Counted from the first letter of the stretch, positions 9,900 to 19,692 are shown. The stretch is DNA of 64,000 nucleotides from an uncultured Rhizobium sp. (GCA_964506725.1 CAZDLU010000008.1:73-64072); one strand, 5' to 3'. Program-made: numbers and translations. Notes: generated from the sequence alone by a model not told the origin.

Positions 9900-10842
9900 T
9901 TTTTGTACTTTATTTGATTCAAATTATTTAAATTACGGTTTGGCTTTGCTCGAATCTTTACAAAAAAATTGTGCAAATTTTCATTTATATATTTTTGCTT
10001 TTGATGAAATTGCTGAAGAAAAATTAAAAAGTTTGTCATTAAAAAATGTTACGGTTATTTCTTTAAAAGAATTTGAAGATGAAAAATTATTGGCTATAAA
10101 GCCAAGCAGAAGTAAGGGCGAATATTGTTGGACTTGTACGCCTTCAACCGTGCTTTATGTTTTAGAAAAATTTAAAGTTGCAAGCTGTACTTATGTTGAT
10201 GCCGATTTATATTTCTTTTCTGATCCAAAAATTTTAATTGATGAACTGGCAGAAAAATCAGTTTCAATAATCTCGCATCGCTATACAAAAAAATATGATC
10301 AAAGCGCAATTTCCGGAAAATATTGCGTGCAATTTATGACTTTTAAAAATGATGAATCAGGTTTGGAAGTGTTAAATTGGTGGCGCGATCGTTGTATTGA
10401 ATGGTGTTACGCCAAACCTGAAGATGGTAAATTCGGCGACCAAAAATATTTAGATGACTGGCTTGAGAGATTCAATTCAGTTTGTGAATTGCAAAATTTA
10501 GGTGGCGGAGTCGCGCCTTGGAACGTGCAACAATATGAATTGTTTTTAGAAAATGGAAAGGTTTTTGGAAAAGAAAAAATTAGTAAAAAGATCTTTCCTA
10601 TAATTTTCTTTCATTTTCACGGTTTTAAATTTTTAGAAAAAAATAAGGTGAGATTGACAGGAAATTATGAAATAGCAAAAGCCATTAAAGCCTTGATTTA
10701 CAAGCCTTACATTGAAAATTTTCTTCGGCTGCAAAATGTTAAGACAAGTGATAATATTTTAAGGAAAATAATAATTAGAATTATTAATTCCTACAAAAAT
10801 ATTTTTTGCTCGGCGAAGAAAAATAATGTGATCTGGTTATAA
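9892..10842 (+). CDS. nucleotide-diphospho-sugar glycosyltransferase-like protein
   Basis: 316 aa with a DxD-type motif (TYVDADLYFF). Its start overlaps the stop of the upstream GT-MT gene, and it sits in the sugar cluster. Confidence 0.5.
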   Translation: MLNFCTLFDSNYLNYGLALLESLQKNCANFHLYIFAFDEIAEEKLKSLSLKNVTVISLKEFEDEKLLAIKPSRSKGEYCWTCTPSTVLYVLEKFKVASCTYVDADLYFFSDPKILIDELAEKSVSIISHRYTKKYDQSAISGKYCVQFMTFKNDESGLEVLNWWRDRCIEWCYAKPEDGKFGDQKYLDDWLERFNSVCELQNLGGGVAPWNVQQYELFLENGKVFGKEKISKKIFPIIFFHFHGFKFLEKNKVRLTGNYEIAKAIKALIYKPYIENFLRLQNVKTSDNILRKIIIRIINSYKNIFCSAKKNNVIWL

Positions 10843-10843
10843 T

Positions 10844-11725
10844 CTAATGTATCAACTCTAAATATTTCCGATAATCAGAACCTTTCTTATAGCTTTTAAT
10901 TATCTCTTCCATCTTTTCTTTATTGATAAAATTTTTGCGGAAGGCCATTTCTTCTAGGCAGGCGATTTTTAAACCTTGTCTTTTTTCGATGGTATGGACG
11001 AATTGAGAGGCTTCAAGTAAAGAATCGGGAGTACCGGCATCAAGCCAGGCGAAACCGCGTTTTAATTGAATTACGCCCAGTTTTTTTTGCTTTAAATATG
11101 CGTTATTGACATCGGTAATTTCAAGTTCGCCGCGAGCTGAAGGTTTTATTTTTTTAGTGATTTTTACTATATCATTATTGTAAATATAAAGCCCGGTAAC
11201 AGCCCAATTTGACTCAGAATTTTTTGGTTTTTCATGAATGGCAAGCGCTTTTTCTTCATCTTTGTCAAAGGTTATGACACCGTATCTTTCTGGGTCTGAT
11301 ACGTGATATGCAAAAACATAAGCGCCGATTTTTTTATTATTTATTTCAGTAATTTTTCCCTTCAGATTTTCGCCGCTAATTTCGGAACCATAGAAAATAT
11401 TGTCTCCTAAAATTAAACAAACATTGGAATTTCCGATAAACTTTTCGCCGATTAAAAAAGCTTCGGCAATGCCATTTGGTTTTTCTTGAACGGCATAAGA
11501 AATTTTAAGACCGTAATTTTTGCCATCACCTAAAAATTTTTCGATATTTGGCGTATCTTGCGGGGTAGAAATTATTAAAATTTCGGTAATTCCAAGATTC
11601 ATCAAAGTGGCAAGCGGATAGCAAATCATTGGTTTGTCATAAACCGGAAGCAATTGTTTGCTGGTAACATTTGTAAGTGGCGCAAGCCTTGTGCCGGAAC
11701 CGCCGGCGAGGATTATTCCTTTCAT
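10844..11725 (-). CDS. rfbA: glucose-1-phosphate thymidylyltransferase
   Basis: 293 aa. MKGIILAGGSGTRLAPLT, YDKPMICYPL, LGDNIFYG, LEITDVN, GFAWLDAGT. Confidence 0.93.
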   Translation of the reverse strand: MKGIILAGGSGTRLAPLTNVTSKQLLPVYDKPMICYPLATLMNLGITEILIISTPQDTPNIEKFLGDGKNYGLKISYAVQEKPNGIAEAFLIGEKFIGNSNVCLILGDNIFYGSEISGENLKGKITEINNKKIGAYVFAYHVSDPERYGVITFDKDEEKALAIHEKPKNSESNWAVTGLYIYNNDIVKITKKIKPSARGELEITDVNNAYLKQKKLGVIQLKRGFAWLDAGTPDSLLEASQFVHTIEKRQGLKIACLEEMAFRKNFINKEKMEEIIKSYKKGSDYRKYLELIH

Positions 11726-11726
11726 G

Positions 11727-12029
11727 TTATTTTTGGATAATTTCGTAATTTTGATTAATTATTTTAGCAAAATCAGCGTTGATATTATTTAAATCTACTA
11801 TGTCAATTCTGATGCTAAGATTTGATTCTTCAAATTCATTGCGCAATTTTGCCATTATGTCTGATTTTATTTTTTCATCATTTTTTGCTCTTAAAGCTAA
11901 ATCAATATCAGAAAATTTTTTTAAATGTTGGCCATGAACACGTGATCCGAAGGCTCTGACCTCAATATTCGGTACAATTTGTTGTAAAATATTTTTAACT
12001 ATTGCCAAATCTTCTTTGCTAATTTGCAT
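11727..12029 (-). CDS. minimal nucleotidyltransferase (MNT), antitoxin of a HEPN-MNT pair
   Basis: 100 aa. AFGSRVHGQHLKKFSDIDLAL matches the GS-x(n)-SD-x-D MNT motif. It overlaps the upstream HEPN gene by 11 nt. Confidence 0.8.
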   Translation of the reverse strand: MQISKEDLAIVKNILQQIVPNIEVRAFGSRVHGQHLKKFSDIDLALRAKNDEKIKSDIMAKLRNEFEESNLSIRIDIVDLNNINADFAKIINQNYEIIQK

Positions 12030-12429
12030 TAATTTCTTGGAATTTTGTTAACAGATTTTCAACGTGTTTTATAAATTCAGGAATGGTTTTTAATATTTCA
12101 TGTGATTTTTCTTCGTCATAAGTATGAGAGGTAATATTTCTTTTTTCGCGATATTCGAACCATTGTTTTGGATCATCAATAAAATTTGATTCGGCTCCAA
12201 TCCTTACTAATTCCTTGAATGAAACCAGTTTTAGTTCCTCTTCTGATGATAAATTTTCTCGTAAAAATCTTTTTAATAATTTGACTGAAATTTCGTAAAC
12301 ATATTCAAATGATTTCACAGTGGCAGTTTCAAAAGCGAATTTTTTTTCGGGATTATTTTCACTTTGAGACAATTCATAATGATTCTTTAATTGCGTCAAA
12401 GCTTTTTTAAGATTTGAAATTTCAATCAT
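12019..12429 (-). CDS. HEPN-domain protein (HI0074-type nucleotidyltransferase substrate-binding protein), toxin of a HEPN-MNT pair
   Basis: 136 aa, helical, with the R-x4-H HEPN motif (KRNITSHTYD). Its start overlaps the rfbB stop by 4 nt. Confidence 0.8.
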   Translation of the reverse strand: MIEISNLKKALTQLKNHYELSQSENNPEKKFAFETATVKSFEYVYEISVKLLKRFLRENLSSEEELKLVSFKELVRIGAESNFIDDPKQWFEYREKRNITSHTYDEEKSHEILKTIPEFIKHVENLLTKFQEINAN

Positions 12430-13403
12430 TTTAAATACCAGTTGATTGTAGTTTTTAATTTATCTTCAAAACTCCCACTAATCTTAAATCCTAATTCATT
12501 TTTCGCTTTATTTGAATCGATCGCATAACGGAAATCATGGCCCATTCTGTCGGTTACAAAACTGATTTGTTTTTTGTAAGAAATGCCGTCAGACCTTGGT
12601 TTTACTTGATCCAAGATTTCACAAATTTTATTTGCGATATTTATATTTTCCATTTCAGCGTCACCGCCAAAACAATAGCTTTCGCCAATTTGGCCTTTTG
12701 CAATTGCTAAATTAATGCCGGCGCAGTGATCTTCAACATAAATCCAGTCGCGGATATTTTTACCATTGCCGTAAATCGGAATATTTTTTTGATTTAGTGC
12801 CGAAAAAATTACGGTTGGAATTAGCTTTTCTTTATGTTGGCGCGGGCCGAAATTATTAGAGCAATTGGTGATGATTGTCGGTAATTTGTAAGTCTCAAAC
12901 CAGGCGCGCACTAAATGATCAGAAGAGGCTTTGGAAGCAGAGTAGGGTGAGTTCGGGCGGTAGTTACTTTCTTCAGTAAATCTGGCATCATCAATTTTTA
13001 ATGAACCAAAAACTTCGTCAGTTGAAATATGAATAAATTTAAAATTATTTTTCTTTTTGTAAAAATTAAGTGCAACATTTAGCAAAGAAAAAGTGCCGAC
13101 TATATTAGTGTTTATAAAGCTTCGCGGATTGGCAATTGAATTATCAACATGGCTTTCGGCAGCGAAATTTACTAATAAATCAATGTCGAATTTTGTTAAA
13201 ATTTCACTGACTAAATTTTGATCGCAAATGTCACCTTTGATAAATTGATAATTTTTGTGATCCTTTATAGAAGCAAGATTATCAAGGTTTGCGGCATATG
13301 TTAGGATATCAAGATTTACAACAAAATTTCCTTTGGCAATTTGTTCTAGGACAAAGCAACTGCCGATAAATCCGTAACCGCCGGTGACAAGAATTTTTTT
13401 CAT
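12426..13403 (-). CDS. rfbB: dTDP-glucose 4,6-dehydratase
   Basis: 325 aa. VTGGYGFIGS Rossmann motif, HISTDEVFG, YSASKASSDHLV (YxxxK), NNFGPRQHKEKLIP. Confidence 0.93.
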   Translation of the reverse strand: MKKILVTGGYGFIGSCFVLEQIAKGNFVVNLDILTYAANLDNLASIKDHKNYQFIKGDICDQNLVSEILTKFDIDLLVNFAAESHVDNSIANPRSFINTNIVGTFSLLNVALNFYKKKNNFKFIHISTDEVFGSLKIDDARFTEESNYRPNSPYSASKASSDHLVRAWFETYKLPTIITNCSNNFGPRQHKEKLIPTVIFSALNQKNIPIYGNGKNIRDWIYVEDHCAGINLAIAKGQIGESYCFGGDAEMENINIANKICEILDQVKPRSDGISYKKQISFVTDRMGHDFRYAIDSNKAKNELGFKISGSFEDKLKTTINWYLK

Positions 13404-13408
13404 TGATA

Positions 13409-14374
13409 CTAGAGAATCATAGTTCCAGCGCCGCTTTCGGTAAAGATTTCCATCAGCAAAATATTATCAACTGCGCCGTTTAAAATATGAGAAAAATCAA
13501 CGCCATGTTCTAAAGCGTGAATACAAGTTTCAATTTTCGGAATCATGCCGCCGGTGATGATTCCGTCGCGAATCATCTGTTTAGCAGTCGCCATATTTAA
13601 ATGACTTACCAGTTCGCCATTTGGCAACATTACGCCGTCAACGTCAGAAAGGATAATTAATTTTGAAGCCTGAATGGCGCTAGCAATAGCGCCGGCCGCG
13701 GTATCGGCATTAATGTTGAAAGTTTCACCATTTTCACCAATGCCGATTGGTGCAATCACCGGAATAATGTCGGAATCTTCAAATATGGCAAGAACTTCCG
13801 GATCAACGTGGCAAGGCTCGCCAACAAAGCCGAGATTTAAAATTTTTTCAATATTGGAATCAGGATCTTTTTTAGTGCGTGTTAATTTTTTCGCCTTAAT
13901 CAAATTGCCGTCTTTACCGCAAATTCCAATTGCTTTGCCGCCGGCCAGGTTAATTTCTTTGGCGATCATTTTATTTATTGAGCCGGCCAAAACCATTTCA
14001 ACTACATCAACCGTATCGGAATCGGTAACGCGAAGCCCGTCAATAAAGGAAGTTTTAATATTTAATTTTTCCAACATCTGCCCGATTTGCGGGCCACCGC
14101 CGTGGACTATGATTGGATTAATGCCGACCTGTTTTAACAAAACTACGTTTTTAGCAAAGTTTTTTAAGTTTTTATCACCACCCATCGCACTGCCGCCGAA
14201 CTTTATTACGAAAGTTTCACCGGCAAATTTTTTCATGTAAGGTAAAGCCTCGCAAAGCACTTCTGCCTTACGCGCCCATTCCTGGATAGTATGCTCTTTT
14301 TGCAGAGAAATTTTTTCCAAAGGGGTGATTGCAACTTCTTTTTTGCCGTTGTTAAAATCGATGATGTTAGTCAT
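13409..14374 (-). CDS. argB: acetylglutamate kinase
   Basis: Amino-acid kinase family (FVIKFGGSAMG, IVHGGGPQIG, GLRVTD, INADTAAGAIA). I chose the start at ATG 14374 (MTNIIDF...). The longer ORF to 14557 would overlap the divergent yceI-like gene and add a non-conserved 61 aa. Confidence 0.87.
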   Translation of the reverse strand: MTNIIDFNNGKKEVAITPLEKISLQKEHTIQEWARKAEVLCEALPYMKKFAGETFVIKFGGSAMGGDKNLKNFAKNVVLLKQVGINPIIVHGGGPQIGQMLEKLNIKTSFIDGLRVTDSDTVDVVEMVLAGSINKMIAKEINLAGGKAIGICGKDGNLIKAKKLTRTKKDPDSNIEKILNLGFVGEPCHVDPEVLAIFEDSDIIPVIAPIGIGENGETFNINADTAAGAIASAIQASKLIILSDVDGVMLPNGELVSHLNMATAKQMIRDGIITGGMIPKIETCIHALEHGVDFSHILNGAVDNILLMEIFTESGAGTMIL

Positions 14375-14498
14375 TAGTTGAAGGTTAATTGTTAAAGGGA
14401 GGGAATTAAAAATAATTTTGCTTTGATAAGCAAGGAAATTCTTGATTAATTGAGGGCGAATTTGTTTACTGGGATCAACTTTAAACAAAGAAAAATCT

Positions 14499-15149
14499 AT
14501 GATAAAAAAACTAAAATTTTTGGTAATTTTAATTGCCTTTTCTTCTTGTGTCTCCAACCAGCAAAGACTGGCGTTAAAACAGGCGCATGAAGTGCCGGCT
14601 GGTGAGTATGTTCTTGATAAAACTCATGCCAGTTTGATTTTTAAAGTAAACCATTTGGGATTTTCCAATTATACGGCGCGTTTTAAAAAATTTGATGCCA
14701 AGTTGCAATTTGAGCCGTTGCATCCTACAAAATCAAGTATTGAGGTGACAGTTGACCCGAAATCTTTAGAAACTGATTATCCGAATCTTAAACCTGATTT
14801 TAACAAGCAGCTACAAGGTTTTGCCTGGCTTGATGCTAAAAAATTTCCGGAGATAAAATTTAAATCAACCAAGATTGAACTTGTAGGAATTAACGGCGCG
14901 CGCGTTATCGGCGATTTAGAAATGCATGGTGTAAAGAAACCGGTAAGTTTTGATGTTAAATTCAATGGCGGCTATGCTTCGCATCCGCTTGATCCGATGG
15001 GTGCGCGCATAGGTTTTTCAGCACTTGGCAAATTGAAACGTTCGGATTTCGGAATTGCTTTCGGCATTCCGGCGGCTGGTTCAAATATGGGCGTGGGCGA
15101 TGAGGTTGAATTTATAATCGAAGTTGAATTTGTTAAGAAAAACAAATGA
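14499..15149 (+). CDS. YceI-like periplasmic polyisoprenoid-binding protein
   Basis: 216 aa. Signal peptide, then YceI signatures (THASLIFKVNHLGFSNYTARF, GDLEMHGVKKPVSFDV). Confidence 0.8.
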   Translation: MIKKLKFLVILIAFSSCVSNQQRLALKQAHEVPAGEYVLDKTHASLIFKVNHLGFSNYTARFKKFDAKLQFEPLHPTKSSIEVTVDPKSLETDYPNLKPDFNKQLQGFAWLDAKKFPEIKFKSTKIELVGINGARVIGDLEMHGVKKPVSFDVKFNGGYASHPLDPMGARIGFSALGKLKRSDFGIAFGIPAAGSNMGVGDEVEFIIEVEFVKKNK

Positions 15150-15670
15150 TAGTTTGTAAGGCCAATTATCAAGATTTGGAAGATGTCGTAAAAATCTGCC
15201 GGGAAAATTTACTTGTTAATAAAAGGCCGGAAGAAATTTCGGCGCGTGGATTTTTGATGTCGGAGCTTACGGAAGATGTTGCGAAAAAGATGCTTGATGA
15301 AGGTGCGATTTTCCTGGTTGCAAGGCGTGATGAAAAAATTTGTGGTTATTTGACAGCGCATGATTTGGTAAATGAAGATGAGATTTTTCGTACGGAAGTT
15401 CTGAAAATAAAAGATTTAAAAAATGCTAAAATTATTTATTACAAACAAATTGCTAAAAGTTTGGATGAAGTTGGTATTGGAAAAAATTTGGTAGAAGCGA
15501 TGTGTGATGAAGCCAAGAAACGCGGCTATTCTTATGTGGTTTGCAAAATTGTGCTACAACCATTTTATAATCAGGCTTCAGTGAAATTTCATGAAAAAAA
15601 CGGTTTTGTGAAGATGAAAGAGGTGCAAGAGAAGAGTAGGGTGGTTGGGGTGTTTGCAAGAAAGTTGTAA
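15146..15670 (+). CDS. GNAT-family N-acetyltransferase
   Basis: 174 aa. An acetyl-CoA binding-like segment (QIAKSLDEVGIGKNLVEAMCDEAKKRGY) and a C-terminal FHEKNGF motif. Confidence 0.6.
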   Translation: MIVCKANYQDLEDVVKICRENLLVNKRPEEISARGFLMSELTEDVAKKMLDEGAIFLVARRDEKICGYLTAHDLVNEDEIFRTEVLKIKDLKNAKIIYYKQIAKSLDEVGIGKNLVEAMCDEAKKRGYSYVVCKIVLQPFYNQASVKFHEKNGFVKMKEVQEKSRVVGVFARKL

Positions 15671-15707
15671 AATTTTGAATTTGGCGGGCGAAAGTTGTCC
15701 AATACTC

Positions 15708-16928
15708 TTATCCAACAATCATCGCTATCGCTGCTGCAGTCATCAAGATAATTGTCAGTAAAACTACCACCTGATTTAATTTTGAACTAGGGCGGTTGTT
15801 CATGATTTTTTTGTCGCGCGCTACCAAAAAAATTCCGACGAGAAGAATCGGCGCGATCAGGCCGTTGACGATGGAAGAATAGAAAAGCGTTTTGAGCGGA
15901 TTGATGTTTAGTGAATCGAGTAAAATGGCAACTGCAATTGAAAACATGATGATGGTATAAAAGGTCGGAGCTTCGCGAAACTTACTGTCAAGGCCTTGCC
16001 TCCAATTAAAAATTTCGGCGAAAGCGTAAGCGCTTGAGGCGGCAAGTGTAGGAATTGCTAAGAATCCTACTGAAATTATTCCGATGGTAAATAAAAGCAT
16101 GGCAGAGTCGCCAGCCAAGGGACGCAAGGCTTCGGCGGCTTCTTTGGTGGAAGTGATATTGGTAATGCCGGCTTTGTTTAAAGTAAGAGCGGTGGTTAAT
16201 ATGATGAAGAACATCACTAAATTGGAAAGAAAAGTGCCTACGCCTACATCTAAAGCGCGTTCAGAAAGTTGGGCTTTGATTTTTTCCTCCTTTTCTTGCG
16301 CGGTCTGCCAGAAGAAAAGGTAAGGGCTAATGGTAGTTCCAAGAATTGCCACCAACATGCTCCATTCTTGGCCTTGCGGCATTTTGAAAGTAAGGGTTTG
16401 TTTTAGAATTAGCGACCAATCCGGTTTTATTAAAAAAGCTACACTGATATAAGTAAAGAGGCTGAGAGTCAGCCATTTAAGCACGTTGGCGATTTGTTGA
16501 TAGCGAAATTTTATGATGGCGTAGGAAATCAAACAGCCGAAAATTATGATGCAAGATGATGAATTAAATCCACTTAAAACTTCGACAGCATCGGCCATTC
16601 CGGCCAGATCAGCCGCGATGTTAACGACATTGGCAATCAATAATAAAATTGCCAATAAAATTAAAAAAGATTTGGGAAATTTTTTGGCTAATACTTGCGT
16701 TAAACCTTTTTCCGTTACAATGCCGATGCGGGCGCACATCATTTGTACGCCTGCCATTAACGGCCAGGTTAAGAATGCTGACCATAATAAATTTGTTCCG
16801 GTGGCAGAGCCTGCAATTGAATAAGTGGCAATTCCTGATGGATCATCATCGGCGGCGCCCGTTACAAGGCCGGGGCCTAAAATTTTAAAGAATTTTTTTA
16901 GTTGTTTTTTCATGTTAACTTTTTTCAA
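15708..16928 (-). CDS. NRAMP-family divalent metal cation transporter
   Basis: 406 aa. ILGPGLVTGAADDDPSGIATYS motif and about 11 TM helices. Confidence 0.8.
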   Translation of the reverse strand: MKKVNMKKQLKKFFKILGPGLVTGAADDDPSGIATYSIAGSATGTNLLWSAFLTWPLMAGVQMMCARIGIVTEKGLTQVLAKKFPKSFLILLAILLLIANVVNIAADLAGMADAVEVLSGFNSSSCIIIFGCLISYAIIKFRYQQIANVLKWLTLSLFTYISVAFLIKPDWSLILKQTLTFKMPQGQEWSMLVAILGTTISPYLFFWQTAQEKEEKIKAQLSERALDVGVGTFLSNLVMFFIILTTALTLNKAGITNITSTKEAAEALRPLAGDSAMLLFTIGIISVGFLAIPTLAASSAYAFAEIFNWRQGLDSKFREAPTFYTIIMFSIAVAILLDSLNINPLKTLFYSSIVNGLIAPILLVGIFLVARDKKIMNNRPSSKLNQVVVLLTIILMTAAAIAMIVG

Positions 16929-18099
16929 CTAAATGTTTTAGTAAGAACGCTGTGCTGGTGAGTAATAAAAATCCGACAATCATCGGGGTCAGACTGTTGT
17001 TGTAAGCCTGGCCGATAATACTTCCTATTAGTGCCGAAATTACTGATGACAAAAATCCGATTACGGCGGCGGCAATGCCGGCAACGTGTCCCATTGGTTC
17101 CATGGCTAGTGCATTTAGATTGCCGAAGAGCAGACCGAGGCAAAAAAATGTGGTAAGAGTGAATGTCATAAATTGCCAAAGCATAATTTTTTGGTGTTGT
17201 AAAATGTTGATGAACAAAAAAATTACTGTGGCCGCAATCATTATTTTCAAGGCTTGGTGGCATATTATTTTCATGCCGTAACGTCTGACAATCATGGAAT
17301 TTACAATCGAAGAAATGCCGATTGAAAGAGCGGAAGCACCGAAATAAAGCGGAAATAAATTTCCCACTTGAAAGTAATCCTGAAAAATTTGGCGTGATGA
17401 AGTTAAATAACCGATCATGGCTGCAAATATAAGACCGGCGCAGATCGCGTAAGTCATGGTAATTTTATTTTGAAAAACTTTTACGAAATCATGCCAAATG
17501 GCTTTTATGTTAAAAGGTCGTACATCGTTTGTTTTCAAGGTCTCCGGCAATCTTAGGAAAGTCCAAATGGTGGCTATTAATGAGAAGATAAGAAAAATAA
17601 AAAACATCACGCGCCAGCTTGCAACCAGTAAAATCGCTTGTCCGATGCTTGGTGCAATTACCGGAACTAAAATAAATATTGTCATAATAAATGACATTAC
17701 GCGCGCCATTTCGCGGCCTTGATATAAGTCGCGCGTGATGGCGACACTTATGATGCGCGGTGCAGCGGCACCAAAACCTTGCAGTAAGCGGCCTAAAATC
17801 ATAAGATGAAAATTGCCGGCGATCATGCCAAGAACGCTGCCGCAGGCAAAAATTATGAGACCGATATAAATTGTGAATTTGCGTCCGAAGCTGTCAGCTA
17901 TTGGGCCATAAATGATTTGCCCGAAAGCAAATCCCAAAAAAATTGCGCCTATTACAAATTGCGTTTCATTTTCATCAGGCAGCGCAAATTCTTGCTGCAT
18001 GAAAGATAATGCCGGCAAAATCATGTCAATTGACATGGCCATAAGCGACACATAAAGCGCCATTAAAGTTACAAATTCCGGAAATAATATTTTTTTCAT
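16915..18099 (-). CDS. MFS transporter, Bcr/CflA-type
   Basis: 394 aa, 12 TM. GPIADSFGRKFTIY loop motif and LLQGFGAAAPR. Confidence 0.8.
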   Translation of the reverse strand: MKKILFPEFVTLMALYVSLMAMSIDMILPALSFMQQEFALPDENETQFVIGAIFLGFAFGQIIYGPIADSFGRKFTIYIGLIIFACGSVLGMIAGNFHLMILGRLLQGFGAAAPRIISVAITRDLYQGREMARVMSFIMTIFILVPVIAPSIGQAILLVASWRVMFFIFLIFSLIATIWTFLRLPETLKTNDVRPFNIKAIWHDFVKVFQNKITMTYAICAGLIFAAMIGYLTSSRQIFQDYFQVGNLFPLYFGASALSIGISSIVNSMIVRRYGMKIICHQALKIMIAATVIFLFINILQHQKIMLWQFMTFTLTTFFCLGLLFGNLNALAMEPMGHVAGIAAAVIGFLSSVISALIGSIIGQAYNNSLTPMIVGFLLLTSTAFLLKHLVEKS

Positions 18100-18109
18100 C
18101 AGAAATTTT

Positions 18110-18397
18110 TTAAAGTCGATGATAAGTTACGGCCTTGCCGTCGCGGACCAGAACGTAACCGCGATTCATGAATCTATTGTAAGAATAAACTTCATCGCCT
18201 TCATAATAATAACAACCAAAAATCTTTTTGGCTTGATTTGGATTCATACTCATTTTTCTGGTAGTAAATTCTCCAAGCAAAGCTTTTGCCTCAGCTTTTT
18301 CTTCATAAGACGGCATGCCGCAACCCATGTGGGAGAAGAGCTCCGGAGAGCATGAGATTGCAAGAAATAACGGAATTACAAAACAAATTTTTTTCAT
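18110..18397 (-). CDS. small putative lipoprotein
   Basis: 95 aa. Signal peptide with a lipobox-like LAISC. No recognisable family. Confidence 0.45.
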   Translation of the reverse strand: MKKICFVIPLFLAISCSPELFSHMGCGMPSYEEKAEAKALLGEFTTRKMSMNPNQAKKIFGCYYYEGDEVYSYNRFMNRGYVLVRDGKAVTYHRL

Positions 18398-18398
18398 T

Positions 18399-19382
18399 TT
18401 ATTTATTTGTTAAATTTAAATGCCACTGATAAGCGGTCGCAATAATTTCATTTATATCACTGTAATTTTCCTGCCAGTTTAAAATTTTTTTAATTTTTTC
18501 ATTATCAGCAAAAAGCATAGTTGGATCGCCGTTGCGCCTGGCCCCGAGGATTACTTCAAAATCTTTTTTGGAAATTTTTTTTACGGCATCAATAATTTCT
18601 TTTACCGAAAAACCTTTGCCAATGCCGACATTAAAATAATCGCTTTGATTTTTTTCGATTAAATATTCCAGCGATTTTACATGGGCATTTGCTAAATCTT
18701 CGACGTGAATATAATCACGAATACAGGTTCCGTCCTTTGTTTCGTAATCATCGCCATAAATCGTAATATTTTTTCTTTTCCCTAAAGCGGCCTCAATAAC
18801 CAACGGAATTAAATGTGTTTCCGGTTCATGCAATTCACCGATTTCGCCATCACGCGAAGCGCCGCAAACATTGAAATATCTAAGACAAATATGTTTTATA
18901 TTATGAGCAATTTCGAAATCTTTTAAAATTTCTTCAACCATCAATTTGCTTCTGCCGTAAGGACTTAAGGGATTTTTTGGTAAATTTTCACTGATAGGTA
19001 ATTGAGTTGGATTGCCGTAAATAGCGCAAGTGGAAGAAAAAATAATTTTATCAATTTTTTCCATTGCCATTGCCTTCAGCAAATTCAAGCTTCCGTAAAC
19101 ATTATTTTCGTAATATTTGTAAGGATTTTCAACCGATTCGCCGACATAAGCAAATGCTGCAAAATGCATTATTGCAATGGGTTGGTGTTTTTTTATAACT
19201 TCAAGAAGGCGCGCAAAATCAAGCAAATCGCCTTTTTCAAATTCACCCCATTTTACATGCTGAGCGTGACCGTAAGACAAATTATCAAAAGTTATTGGAT
19301 TAAATCCGGCGGCGCGCAAAGCCTTGCAATTATGGGCTCCGATATAGCCGGCACCACCGGTGACGAGAATATTTTTTGTCAT
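18399..19382 (-). CDS. galE: UDP-glucose 4-epimerase
   Basis: 327 aa. VTGGAGYIGAH, FSSTCAIYG, YGRSKLMVE (YxxxK), RYFNVCGA, IRDYIHVEDLA. Confidence 0.9.
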   Translation of the reverse strand: MTKNILVTGGAGYIGAHNCKALRAAGFNPITFDNLSYGHAQHVKWGEFEKGDLLDFARLLEVIKKHQPIAIMHFAAFAYVGESVENPYKYYENNVYGSLNLLKAMAMEKIDKIIFSSTCAIYGNPTQLPISENLPKNPLSPYGRSKLMVEEILKDFEIAHNIKHICLRYFNVCGASRDGEIGELHEPETHLIPLVIEAALGKRKNITIYGDDYETKDGTCIRDYIHVEDLANAHVKSLEYLIEKNQSDYFNVGIGKGFSVKEIIDAVKKISKKDFEVILGARRNGDPTMLFADNEKIKKILNWQENYSDINEIIATAYQWHLNLTNK

Positions 19383-19450
19383 GTTTTAAATTGATGAATG
19401 TGAGAAATAAGGGGATATTAGGAGGAGGATTTATTTCGGCAAGGCAAAGG

Positions 19451-19681
19451 TTAATATTTGGGCGGTTTGATATCGCGTTTTTTTTCTTTTGGTTGATTGT
19501 CAAAAAAATTATTGTGAATTTCATTTTGCTCTTCCTGATCTTCGATTTTGTTTTCGCTTAAGGCATCATCTTCTTCGGAAGTGGCAAATTTTTTGCGCAA
19601 TATTTTTTCTTTGTGAGCTTCAGAATTTTCTTCATATTCTTCTTTGAAATTTCCGATATAAATCATGTCATTTTTCTTCAT
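19451..19681 (-). CDS. small acidic hypothetical protein
   Basis: 76-aa ORF, Glu/Lys-rich, no family recognised. Its coding status is uncertain. Confidence 0.25.
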   Translation of the reverse strand: MKKNDMIYIGNFKEEYEENSEAHKEKILRKKFATSEEDDALSENKIEDQEEQNEIHNNFFDNQPKEKKRDIKPPKY

Positions 19682-19692
19682 AAAACCTCTTT

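Noticed and set aside
13674-14240. 188-aa antisense ORF inside argB (likewise 5924..6406 in icd, 25881..26231 in the MSH1-like gene, 28578..28940 in the giant effector, 19002..19394 in galE)
   Set aside because: These are shadow ORFs opposite strongly supported genes. No family resemblance and odd composition.
14375-14557. 61-codon N-terminal extension of argB
   Set aside because: It is not conserved-looking (low-complexity, Ile/Phe-rich) and overlaps the divergent yceI-like gene start. The internal ATG at 14374 gives a normal-length ArgB.
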